Positions 39,350-47,349 of a stretch of DNA of 64,000 bases are shown here, piece by piece (the first letter of the stretch is position 1; each line of letters starts with the position of its first letter). The translations under genes were made by a program, and so were the position numbers. Source of the DNA: Candidatus Microgenomates bacterium. GTDB lineage: Bacteria > Patescibacteriota > Microgenomatia > UBA8517. The DNA is taken from positions 455,009 through 519,008 of the forward strand of contig JBEKNE010000001.1 of assembly GCA_049523135.1 (NCBI GenBank), in the 5' to 3' direction. The notes under the pieces are model-generated. The model was not told where the DNA came from. It was given only the letters and a program-made list of their open reading frames with translations, and did no database searches.

Positions 39350-40789
39350 TTATTTGTTTTTATTACGCCACTTACCCCTTGTAAATTCCAAACCCCTGTT
39401 TCTCATGTCCCTTAAGTGCGATATCTCACTTTCAAAAGCTACATCCTTATCTACAATATCTTTTGGATATTTGGCCGCAGTCCCTTCGTGTTCATTTTTT
39501 CCATAAGTATCAAAAAATTCTTGAGCATTTTGTATCAAAACCTCCTGGGGTTTACTAGATCCATCAGCCGCTGCAATTACCCCCGCTGCTACAAGTTGGT
39601 CCATCATTCTTGCCGCACGAGCGTAGCCTATCGATAGCCTTCTCTGTAAAAGCGAGGCTGTAGCTCTATCATATTGGCAAACAGTTTTAACGGCTTCAGG
39701 AAAAAGATCGTCAACTCCGCTGGATGTTGAACTTACTGCCTTTTCTGAATACTGGCTAGGAATACCCTGATCTTTTATAAATGTAATTAACCTTATAAGG
39801 TCTTTATCAATTAACTTTGGGCTTTGTAAACAAGTGGGGAAGATCTCTTTGTTTTTAACGAACACGAAATCATGGGGAGCAAGGAATGATACCGATCGTG
39901 CTATTGTAGATTGATTTTCATTTCTTGCCTCGGATGAAAACGCAATTCTAGATTGAATCATGTTTACAAACTCCCTATCTGGCTTTGTACTTGATAAAAC
40001 AGCATAAATTCCAGTTTTTTGTCCAGTTTCAAAAATTCTACCTAGTCCGTCTCTGTACTCCATTGGTGAGAAGGCGTCAATTTCTAAACAATCGTCAATA
40101 AATGTAACTATGTAGGGTAGTGCTTGGAAGCCAGACATTTCATTATATACATCAATATTTTTAGCTCCTGCTTCTACAAAAAGTTTATACCGCCTACTCA
40201 TTTCTGCCATTAACCACCTAAGGGCGGAGATTACTTTTTCCGGTTCAACAATTACAGGCGATAGAAGATGGGGAATACCGTTAAAACAGGTTAAACCAAG
40301 TTTAGATGGATCAACAATTATGAGTTTTACCTCACTTGGTGAAGCCCTGAATAGTAAAGATGCTAAAAATATTTTTATTAAAGAAGTCTTACCTGAATTG
40401 TCATTTCCAGTAATCAATAAGTTTGAAGTAATTGCGAGATCACTTGATATGGGATTTCCTAGAGCGTCAAAGCCCAAGGCCACTCCCAACTTTGAAGTAA
40501 TTTTTCGCATAGGTTCACTTAACAGAATTGAATAGAATGAACTTTGCTCACCGTCAAGTAAGGACACCGGCGGATACTTCCAAATTCTCTCTTTCCCCGG
40601 AACATTACTGACTAGTTTTTGCTCGAGTGGCTCCTTAGGGACGTAGTTGATTCGAGGCGAAACCTGTTTGTAGGCCGTAAAAAGAGGCTTTGTCTCTAAT
40701 GCTGATATACCCTTATTCTTTCGTTTGGAACTGACCGCTAGAACAAGAATAACTAAAATAGCAAGTACTACCCAACCCATTTGAAACAA
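39350..40789 (-). CDS. ftsK: FtsK/SpoIIIE-family DNA translocase (short, single TM, gamma winged-helix present)
   Basis: Walker A ITGNDNSGKTSLI; motor-domain motifs; C-terminal gamma-domain LLQRRLSIGYARAARMMDQLVAAGVI. Confidence 0.78.
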   Translation of the reverse strand: MFQMGWVVLAILVILVLAVSSKRKNKGISALETKPLFTAYKQVSPRINYVPKEPLEQKLVSNVPGKERIWKYPPVSLLDGEQSSFYSILLSEPMRKITSKLGVALGFDALGNPISSDLAITSNLLITGNDNSGKTSLIKIFLASLLFRASPSEVKLIIVDPSKLGLTCFNGIPHLLSPVIVEPEKVISALRWLMAEMSRRYKLFVEAGAKNIDVYNEMSGFQALPYIVTFIDDCLEIDAFSPMEYRDGLGRIFETGQKTGIYAVLSSTKPDREFVNMIQSRIAFSSEARNENQSTIARSVSFLAPHDFVFVKNKEIFPTCLQSPKLIDKDLIRLITFIKDQGIPSQYSEKAVSSTSSGVDDLFPEAVKTVCQYDRATASLLQRRLSIGYARAARMMDQLVAAGVIAAADGSSKPQEVLIQNAQEFFDTYGKNEHEGTAAKYPKDIVDKDVAFESEISHLRDMRNRGLEFTRGKWRNKNK

Positions 40790-40982
40790 TTATAACTCTA
40801 TTATTAAATTTGCGTAGATGTTTTTGTGTTTCGGTCGGATTAGCCGTACAACCGCCATTTTGCGACGCAAATTCGAGGCTAACAACTTAATTTTCAATCG
40901 CCTCAGGCATAAACCCAATTAATTTACAGCCTATAATTAGAGCTTTTTGATTATGTACCTATGTTAAAATAGATGTGGATAA

Positions 40983-41822
40983 ATGTTAAACGGAACGCTA
41001 CAAAAAATTAAAGACACAGGATCTGAGGACCCATTCAATGCTCGACTTATGTTCGAAATTTTTAGTTTGCGTGACAAGATGGTAAAGAGTGATCAAGAAC
41101 GCCTACTTTTCGATAATTTCTACAATCCGATCCTGGAAACCATGGAGGAGACAGAGGATGCTTTTAAAAATGTAGTTAATATTATTAATAACCACAAGGC
41201 AAAAGTTGAAAACGGCTCAATTATAAAATTTCAGCATGATGTAATCGAGGTGAGTGAATCGATTGATAAGGAACTGAAGAAAAATTTTAAAGACTTTTTT
41301 GTAAAAGGCAATCGTGCAATGGATTTACTTGTCCCCTTCTTCAAGAATTACGGGTATTCAATTGGATTTGTTTTTAAGAATGACAAGGATTTTCTCGCAG
41401 GAGCAAGAAAATTTTCGGAAAAACATAATGAAGAAAAACACTCCAACTTTTTGAAGATGATTGAAGCTGACAGAAAACTATGGTTGCCACTTTTTGTTTC
41501 ACAAAGACAAGAGATAGAACACGAGGGTACGTCGCTTCCCGGTACGAAATATATGAAGACAAGGCCGGGTGAAGTTGCAGCTGTTTTTCCGAAAATTGAC
41601 GGCATCGAAATAACTGAACTTTTAAAAGGTAAATGGTGGACGCTTTTCGAGTTTGTCGAAGACTGCGTGGTAGCTTTAATAGACTTTAAACTTGAAGACC
41701 CCTGGATTATTGTACAAATTCCAGAAGGAAAACGGGATATAACTATGCCGTTGAAATATACCACCTCCGTTAAAGGATTTGCAGAATTTTTAGAAGCTGA
41801 AAGATTGAAAAAATCGCAATAA
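40983..41822 (+). CDS. hypothetical protein (first gene of putative integrative element)
   Basis: ORF only. Confidence 0.35.
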   Translation: MLNGTLQKIKDTGSEDPFNARLMFEIFSLRDKMVKSDQERLLFDNFYNPILETMEETEDAFKNVVNIINNHKAKVENGSIIKFQHDVIEVSESIDKELKKNFKDFFVKGNRAMDLLVPFFKNYGYSIGFVFKNDKDFLAGARKFSEKHNEEKHSNFLKMIEADRKLWLPLFVSQRQEIEHEGTSLPGTKYMKTRPGEVAAVFPKIDGIEITELLKGKWWTLFEFVEDCVVALIDFKLEDPWIIVQIPEGKRDITMPLKYTTSVKGFAEFLEAERLKKSQ

Positions 41823-42038
41823 AATGAGCTATAATGCGGTAGTTAGGACCTAACCCTATTCAAATAGGTATGGTTAAAGAAAACCAGTAACGAGCAGAAA
41901 GCTCTCGTTGGAGCATCGTTACTGGTCACGGTTCCGAAAGGAATTGTGGGTGCCGCAAGGCATCGCCGACGGGAGCTTTTTATTTTGTATATATAAAAGT
42001 CTTCCTTCGGCCACCTTGTAACGAAAGAGGGTGAGGGT

Positions 42039-42674
42039 ATGGAAACACAAACAACCAAGAAAGACGAATGGTACAAGAAACCCTTTGGGGTGGTTTTAAT
42101 GCTACTTCTCTTTTTCCCAATAGGTCTTTACTTGATGTGGAAGTATACAAATTGGAATTCAAGGGTTAAATGGGGAATAACCGGTTTCTTTGGATTAATG
42201 ATTGTTATTGAAGGTGTGGTTAGCAATTTCCAAACAAGTAGTCAGACAAACCCAGTAGCAACAGGCCAATCTCCTAGTTCCGAGGCTACAACGACGCCCA
42301 GTCCAACTCCTGTAAAACAATTGGATTTGAAAGTAACCAACCTGGTAGTTAAAAAAATTAATATGGACCAGTGTCGATATTTTTTTAACATTAAAAATGG
42401 AGAACCGAATAACTTTTCAGGAAAAGTTGGTGTAGCTTTACATAAACTTGATAGTGTCTGGCCTGAAGATGGAAGTGAAGTACAGATTGATCAACTTGAA
42501 CCAAATTTATACAAAGTCTTTTATTTAGACAGTTCGCTTTGTCCGAATACTGTCGAGAAAGGTGGAGCTGCAACTTTTAGCTATACTGTAGAGGATGTAA
42601 ACGGGAATAAAGTTTTTGGAGAAGATCAGATACCGGTCACTAATCAATTTGAGGATGACACTATTAGTTATTAA
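42039..42674 (+). CDS. hypothetical membrane-anchored protein with Ser/Thr/Pro linker
   Basis: Two N-terminal TM helices, an S/T/P-rich linker, and a beta-rich C-terminal domain. RBS AGGGTGAGGG. Confidence 0.35.
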   Translation: METQTTKKDEWYKKPFGVVLMLLLFFPIGLYLMWKYTNWNSRVKWGITGFFGLMIVIEGVVSNFQTSSQTNPVATGQSPSSEATTTPSPTPVKQLDLKVTNLVVKKINMDQCRYFFNIKNGEPNNFSGKVGVALHKLDSVWPEDGSEVQIDQLEPNLYKVFYLDSSLCPNTVEKGGAATFSYTVEDVNGNKVFGEDQIPVTNQFEDDTISY

Positions 42675-42739
42675 AAATCTGAAAAATATAGGGTTATTAC
42701 AAACTATTCAGGTTTGCTTACCTAGACTATAATTTCCCT

Positions 42740-43258
42740 ATGAGAAAATATGACTGGCCCAACCTGAAGCAGGAATTCCTCACAGGGAAGTGGCTAAGTG
42801 TGGCCACTTTCTTTCGGGAAAAGGGTATCAGAAACAACTCACGCAGTAGGCTCAACGCTTCAGGATGGATTAAAGAAAGAAAAAACGATTTAGAACAGAT
42901 CGTCTCAAAATCCAAGGAAAGGATTATTGAAAGTGAGGTGGAGATCAGAATAAGGCAAGCTGAGGCTGCTAAGACGATGCAGCGGGTTGGATTAGAGAGA
43001 TTGGATAAACTATCCCCTGAGACGGCTGAAGACGCCAGAAAGCTCGTTACATCAGGCCTGGAACAGGAGCGTAGAGCTCTTGGACTTGAAGGCACGACTC
43101 ACCCTCAAAGACTGACACAAATCAATTTCAATGAACTTCCAAAGACTAAATTTGATGCAATGTTAGACGGCAAAAGTGCAGAGGAACTTTTGGAATTGCT
43201 AGCTGAAATAAGAAAGGAAAGAGAGCGAAGAAGAAATCTCGCAGTGACAGTGAAGTGA
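42740..43258 (+). CDS. phage terminase small subunit-like HTH protein
   Basis: N-terminus KYDWPNLKQEFLTGKWLSVATFFREKGI...ASGWIKERK follows the KxDWxxIKxEYxxG...GW pattern of XtmA/YqaS-type small terminases. Coiled-coil C-terminus. Confidence 0.4.
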   Translation: MRKYDWPNLKQEFLTGKWLSVATFFREKGIRNNSRSRLNASGWIKERKNDLEQIVSKSKERIIESEVEIRIRQAEAAKTMQRVGLERLDKLSPETAEDARKLVTSGLEQERRALGLEGTTHPQRLTQINFNELPKTKFDAMLDGKSAEELLELLAEIRKERERRRNLAVTVK

Positions 43259-43517
43259 CAGAACAGTGACAATTTCATCTCCATCCCCCTACCCCCGGTA
43301 TTCTCGAAGGCTGTCTGTGCGTGCATACGTATGGCACTTCAAAAACATGAGCAATTTTTTGAAAAGTTATGCTTTTTGTAAAATTTAGGCACGGTATTTT
43401 TGTAACTTCAACCTTTTTAGCTTCGTTTTGTTGTGAGAGTCACAAATCTTGACACGAAAACTGCTATCGGTCTAAAGTTGGGGTAATAGGTGTAGATCTG
43501 TAGAAATGCAGCGATCA

Positions 43518-43547
43518 GCACAGGCCTTGAACGGTCTGTGCTTTTTT
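43518..43547 (+). terminator. rho-independent terminator-like hairpin
   Basis: GCACAG-(12 nt)-CTGTGC followed by TTTTTT. Confidence 0.4.
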
Positions 43548-43734
43548 GATGCCTAAACAAATGAAAGATAGAGTAACACAGACAGAACCAAACGTTATCG
43601 CCCAAAAGTGCCCGGTGTGCAACGGCTTCGGCACGGTTTCATTCCAGAAAATTAAATGTCATGCCTGTGACGGTAAAGGTTTTATTTTAATCCCCGCAGA
43701 GATAGATAGAAAGAAATATGAAACAACCTTCTAA
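43546..43734 (+). CDS. small zinc-finger protein (two CxxCxGxG repeats, DnaJ-CR-like)
   Basis: CPVCNGFG and CHACDGKG. Likely ATG start at 43549. Confidence 0.4.
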   Translation: MMPKQMKDRVTQTEPNVIAQKCPVCNGFGTVSFQKIKCHACDGKGFILIPAEIDRKKYETTF

Positions 43735-44023
43735 AACATTTACACCTGAAATATCAAGAGTCCTCGAGCTTTATGAAGAAGCTGACAACCTGGCTAAAGA
43801 TTTGTTGATAAAAAGTTGGAAATTAAAGAATGAGGACAAGCAAATCGCAAGACTCTATTACCAAAAAGCCTGTAGAGAGCGACAGAAGCTAGCTGAGCGT
43901 TTGGTTGATATAACAAAAGGATGGGAGCTGCGAGAGACCAGGGGCTTTGAAAGAGTCGGAGAGACTTTGATCCGCATGATTAAGGACGGATATTTAGATT
44001 TGGAGGTTAAAAATGAGAGTTAG
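43718..44023 (+). CDS. hypothetical protein
   Basis: ORF only. Confidence 0.3.
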   Translation: MKQPSKTFTPEISRVLELYEEADNLAKDLLIKSWKLKNEDKQIARLYYQKACRERQKLAERLVDITKGWELRETRGFERVGETLIRMIKDGYLDLEVKNES

Positions 44024-44507
44024 AGAATGGTTTGTAATTCTACAGCAGAGTGAAGTTGAAAAATGTAAAACACCATCTCAATTACTCGTCTACGCTTCAA
44101 TTAAAAGCTTTTGCGGTAACGGAAAAATTCATGCAGCATTATCCTACCGCGATATCTCTAATAGATCAAAGTTTTCTGTCGGATGGACAAAACCGGTAAT
44201 TGAACAATTAAAAAAATTAGGACTTGTGTTTACTCACGGAACAGAAATAAGGAGAGGCGGAACTGTGGAAGTGTTTAGTGTTGGAACAGTAGATAGCGAC
44301 CAAGGTGTTCCGTCCGTCTCAATTAGTGTTCCGCAAGCAGGCACCAAAAACCAGCAAAGTAAAAAAGTAAATAAAAACAAACAACATCCTTATAAGAATC
44401 AGAAAGAATCCCTGACTGCCGCCCCGCAAGCATTGCCCAGCGACTTAAAAGAAAAATTATGGAGCTGGGCTGAAATAATTTCCGAGAAGGGAGGCGGTCA
44501 TGTCTGA
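44013..44507 (+). CDS. hypothetical DNA-binding (possible winged-helix replication) protein
   Basis: ORF immediately upstream of, and overlapping, the ATPase gene. Basic, Lys-rich C-terminal half. Confidence 0.3.
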   Translation: MRVREWFVILQQSEVEKCKTPSQLLVYASIKSFCGNGKIHAALSYRDISNRSKFSVGWTKPVIEQLKKLGLVFTHGTEIRRGGTVEVFSVGTVDSDQGVPSVSISVPQAGTKNQQSKKVNKNKQHPYKNQKESLTAAPQALPSDLKEKLWSWAEIISEKGGGHV

Positions 44508-45432
44508 CTTTTTCGATATTGTTTCAAAAAAAGATCTCTCCGAAAAGATAACTTGCGGGATCTCTTCAATTGATAATTCTATTAAAGGTTTTACTGTCGG
44601 GGGCAATTACCTATTATCCGGGCCTAGAAAGTCAGGGAAAAGTAGTTTGTTGGTTGGCTTCGTAAATCATTGGTTGTCAAAATCGCTCGTTGTCGGCTAC
44701 ATAAATTCCGAGATGGATGAAAAACATCTCAACGACATGCTCCAGTCTAATTTCTTTGACAAGCGAAAAGATGAATTAACTGCAAACAACGATATGGAAT
44801 ATAAAAACAGATTTCGTTCAAGTTTTTTATATTCCGGACCGACGGATATTCGTGGTAGTCAGGGTATAAGTTTGGATGGCTTGGAATCAGAAATTAGAAG
44901 ACTGATTAAAGCAGGTGCAAAAATCATAGTGATCGACAATCTTACAAAACTACAGGAATCAGCTCCAAGCGGGACACCGGGATATCAGAATTTGGCAAAA
45001 GGTGTTTCCATAGTTACCACTTTATGCAGAGATAATAACGTTCTGGGTTTTACTGTAATTCATACAAAGGATGAGCTCACTTTTACTGAAACTCCTGAAG
45101 GAATAGCCAAGGCAGTTGAAGACCATCTTCCTGAAAAGATATTTGAAAAATCTGTAACGATTTTAAGAAAACCAAGTTCTTCTTCAATTTACGGAGGGGG
45201 TAGTACAAAAACAGATTTACTCGGAACAATGCTCTTATGGAGGCCGTATCAATTCTTTTCCGATCCAAGTTATTCTTCGCTCGCAGCATTAATATTTGAA
45301 GATTTTAGAGGAGAAGCTCCGTTGGAAATGGTACGACTGATGTTTGACGGTTCTAAAAGTGTTTTTAAGGAAGATCTTTTGGAAAAGAATATCCGGAAAA
45401 TATTTGGAACGGAGGAAGCAGATGGAAAATAA
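44500..45432 (+). CDS. RecA-superfamily ATPase (DnaB C-terminal/KaiC/AAA_25-like), putative element replication helicase/loader
   Basis: GISSIDNSIKGFTVGGNYLLSGPRKSGKSSLLVGF is the Walker A layout typical of the DnaB-C/RepA family. Walker B IIVIDNLT. Confidence 0.55.
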   Translation: MSDFFDIVSKKDLSEKITCGISSIDNSIKGFTVGGNYLLSGPRKSGKSSLLVGFVNHWLSKSLVVGYINSEMDEKHLNDMLQSNFFDKRKDELTANNDMEYKNRFRSSFLYSGPTDIRGSQGISLDGLESEIRRLIKAGAKIIVIDNLTKLQESAPSGTPGYQNLAKGVSIVTTLCRDNNVLGFTVIHTKDELTFTETPEGIAKAVEDHLPEKIFEKSVTILRKPSSSSIYGGGSTKTDLLGTMLLWRPYQFFSDPSYSSLAALIFEDFRGEAPLEMVRLMFDGSKSVFKEDLLEKNIRKIFGTEEADGK

Positions 45433-45628
45433 AAAATCTGCTCCCCAATCACCTGACAGCTTCTTAACAAAGATTGAGGTAGAAGAGTTTAAAAAAATCG
45501 TAAAGGAATTATACGGGTTTGATCTTAATAATTCAGAGGCTGAAGATCAAGGTAGAAGATTAATCCAAATATTCGAGCTCATACAAAGGTTCGAACTGAA
45601 TCCCGATGTCGGGAAAAGATATAGTTGA
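45422..45628 (+). CDS. small hypothetical protein upstream of integrase (candidate directionality factor)
   Basis: ATG overlaps the stop of the ATPase gene. 68 aa, acidic. Confidence 0.25.
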   Translation: MENKKSAPQSPDSFLTKIEVEEFKKIVKELYGFDLNNSEAEDQGRRLIQIFELIQRFELNPDVGKRYS

Positions 45629-45665
45629 AAGGTGTTAAGAAAGGATTAAAGATTGGTTAAGAACT

Positions 45666-47267
45666 ATGAAAGCGACAATTATTGCTAGAGTTAGCAAAGA
45701 CGAACAAAAAGAAAATTCACCAGAAGCCCAAAGAGCAAGACTTTTAGCATATATAAAACGGTCAAATAAACTGATTTTGGATAGGGAATTTAATTTTGAA
45801 GAATCGGCCCATAGAGCAAAAGACCGAAAAAAATTTAATAATGAAGTTATTCCGTATCTTAAAAGCCAAAAAGAAACTATCGCTGTATGTTGTGACAAGG
45901 TAGACAGATTGTCTCGAGATTTTTTAGTGGGTCTACCCGCTCTTGAGGAACTTAGAAGAGAAGGAAAAATTGAAATTCATTGCCCATCGGACAATTTGAT
46001 TATACATAAAAATTCCCCTGCGACAGACCTTTTTCATTACAATATAGCATTAGCTCTCGCTCAGTATTATTCGGATAGTACTAGCGACAATGTCAAACGA
46101 GCTTTTGAGAGAAAAATTGCCCGGGGTGTTTATCCAAACCATGTGCCATTGGGATACTTAAATACGCCAGAGTTAGAAAAGGGTCACAGAGAAGTCCACG
46201 ATGATAAGGAAAGATGGCATCTTTGTCGAAAATGGTGGGATTTGATGCTGACCGGAATTTACACAGTAGAGGGCTCCCTTGAAGAAATTACTCGATTAGG
46301 ATTACGAAATTTGAGAGGCAACCCAATCTCAAGAACAACAGCTTACCGGTATTTTAGGGATATTTTTTACACCGGTAACTTCAAATTTAACAATATTGTT
46401 TATCCGGGTAGCCATGTTCCGATGATTACAATGACTGAGTGGATTAAAGTACAACATATTCTCGATAGTAAAGGTAAAAGAGGTAACGGAACAATTGACG
46501 ATTCATTCCAAAAAGCGTTTGAAGGAATGCTTAGGTGCGGTGAATGCAAGGCGAGTATCACGATGGAAAGGAAAATTAAGCATTACAAAAATGGTACAAC
46601 TCAGGTTATTTGGTATTATAGGTGTACGAAAAAGAAAGGACATTGTTCTCAACCATACTTAAATGCTAAAGATTTTGACCCTCAAATCCATAAATATATA
46701 TCAAGTTTAGAGATCAACCCAAAATTTGGAGATTGGATTAAGAAAGTACTTAAAAGGCGTAATGCATATGAATATGAATTTTCTCGTAAAAATAGGGAAA
46801 TAATTACTAAAAGACTAAATGAACTAGATACAAAGAAAGAGATACTTACGAAAATGAAGATGGATGGAATGGTTGACGAGGAGAAGTATCAAACTAAAAA
46901 GAATGCGTACTTAATAGAAGAGAAAGAGTTATTGGAGGAACAATTAGTGAAAACCACTGAAAAATGGGAATCTGTAGTAGACAATTTAATCAATTTCGCC
47001 TCTAATGTTAATAAATTATTCGAGTTTGGAGATATTTACACAAGGCAGTATGTATTAAAAATACTTGGCTCGGACCTGATTTTACTAGACAGAAAAGTTA
47101 AAATTGAGGCTAAAAAAGCGTTTATTTTCCTCCGGGACTATCAAGACAACTCACACACGGAAGATCTATGGCTCGAACCCAAGAATATGCCGTATTCTAG
47201 GACAAAAGAGGACTCTGCCTCTAAAAAATCCCTTACTGTGCCGAGGGCGGGACTCGGACCCGCATGA
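45666..47267 (+). CDS. large serine recombinase (integrase)
   Basis: Resolvase catalytic domain IIARVSKDEQ (Ser nucleophile) and Arg residues. Recombinase domain. Zinc ribbon CGECK...YYRCTKKKGHC. Coiled-coil. C-terminal codons PRAGLGPA lie inside tRNA-Leu. Confidence 0.9.
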   Translation: MKATIIARVSKDEQKENSPEAQRARLLAYIKRSNKLILDREFNFEESAHRAKDRKKFNNEVIPYLKSQKETIAVCCDKVDRLSRDFLVGLPALEELRREGKIEIHCPSDNLIIHKNSPATDLFHYNIALALAQYYSDSTSDNVKRAFERKIARGVYPNHVPLGYLNTPELEKGHREVHDDKERWHLCRKWWDLMLTGIYTVEGSLEEITRLGLRNLRGNPISRTTAYRYFRDIFYTGNFKFNNIVYPGSHVPMITMTEWIKVQHILDSKGKRGNGTIDDSFQKAFEGMLRCGECKASITMERKIKHYKNGTTQVIWYYRCTKKKGHCSQPYLNAKDFDPQIHKYISSLEINPKFGDWIKKVLKRRNAYEYEFSRKNREIITKRLNELDTKKEILTKMKMDGMVDEEKYQTKKNAYLIEEKELLEEQLVKTTEKWESVVDNLINFASNVNKLFEFGDIYTRQYVLKILGSDLILLDRKVKIEAKKAFIFLRDYQDNSHTEDLWLEPKNMPYSRTKEDSASKKSLTVPRAGLGPA

Positions 47268-47322
47268 GTTATGCACTCGAGGGCTCTTAAGGCCCTTGCG
47301 TATACCATTTCGCCACCTCGGC
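47239..47322 (-). tRNA. tRNA-Leu(UAA), class II
   Basis: Manual fold: acceptor GCCGAGG/CCTCGGC; anticodon stem AGGGC/GCCCT with loop CTTAAGA; long variable arm. The T-loop is TCCGAGT with an unusual C at position 55. The 3' 29 nt overlap the integrase CDS. Confidence 0.8.
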
Positions 47323-47349
47323 TCGATTGAATTCTATCACAAATCAAGG

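Larger units (their letters stand above)
40983..47322 (+). mobile_element. putative ~6.3-kb integrative (phage-satellite-like) element at tRNA-Leu(UAA)
   Basis: Co-oriented genes end in a large serine integrase that overlaps the tRNA 3' end. Contents are a terS-like gene, a replicative-type ATPase and small DNA-binding proteins. The left boundary is not defined. Confidence 0.45.

Noticed and set aside
39350-40789. FtsK-like gene as part of the tRNA-Leu integrative element (conjugative TraB-like)
   Set aside because: It is on the opposite strand and separated from the co-oriented element genes. It carries a chromosomal-type gamma domain. It is more parsimoniously the host division translocase, although its operon partners are flagged separately.
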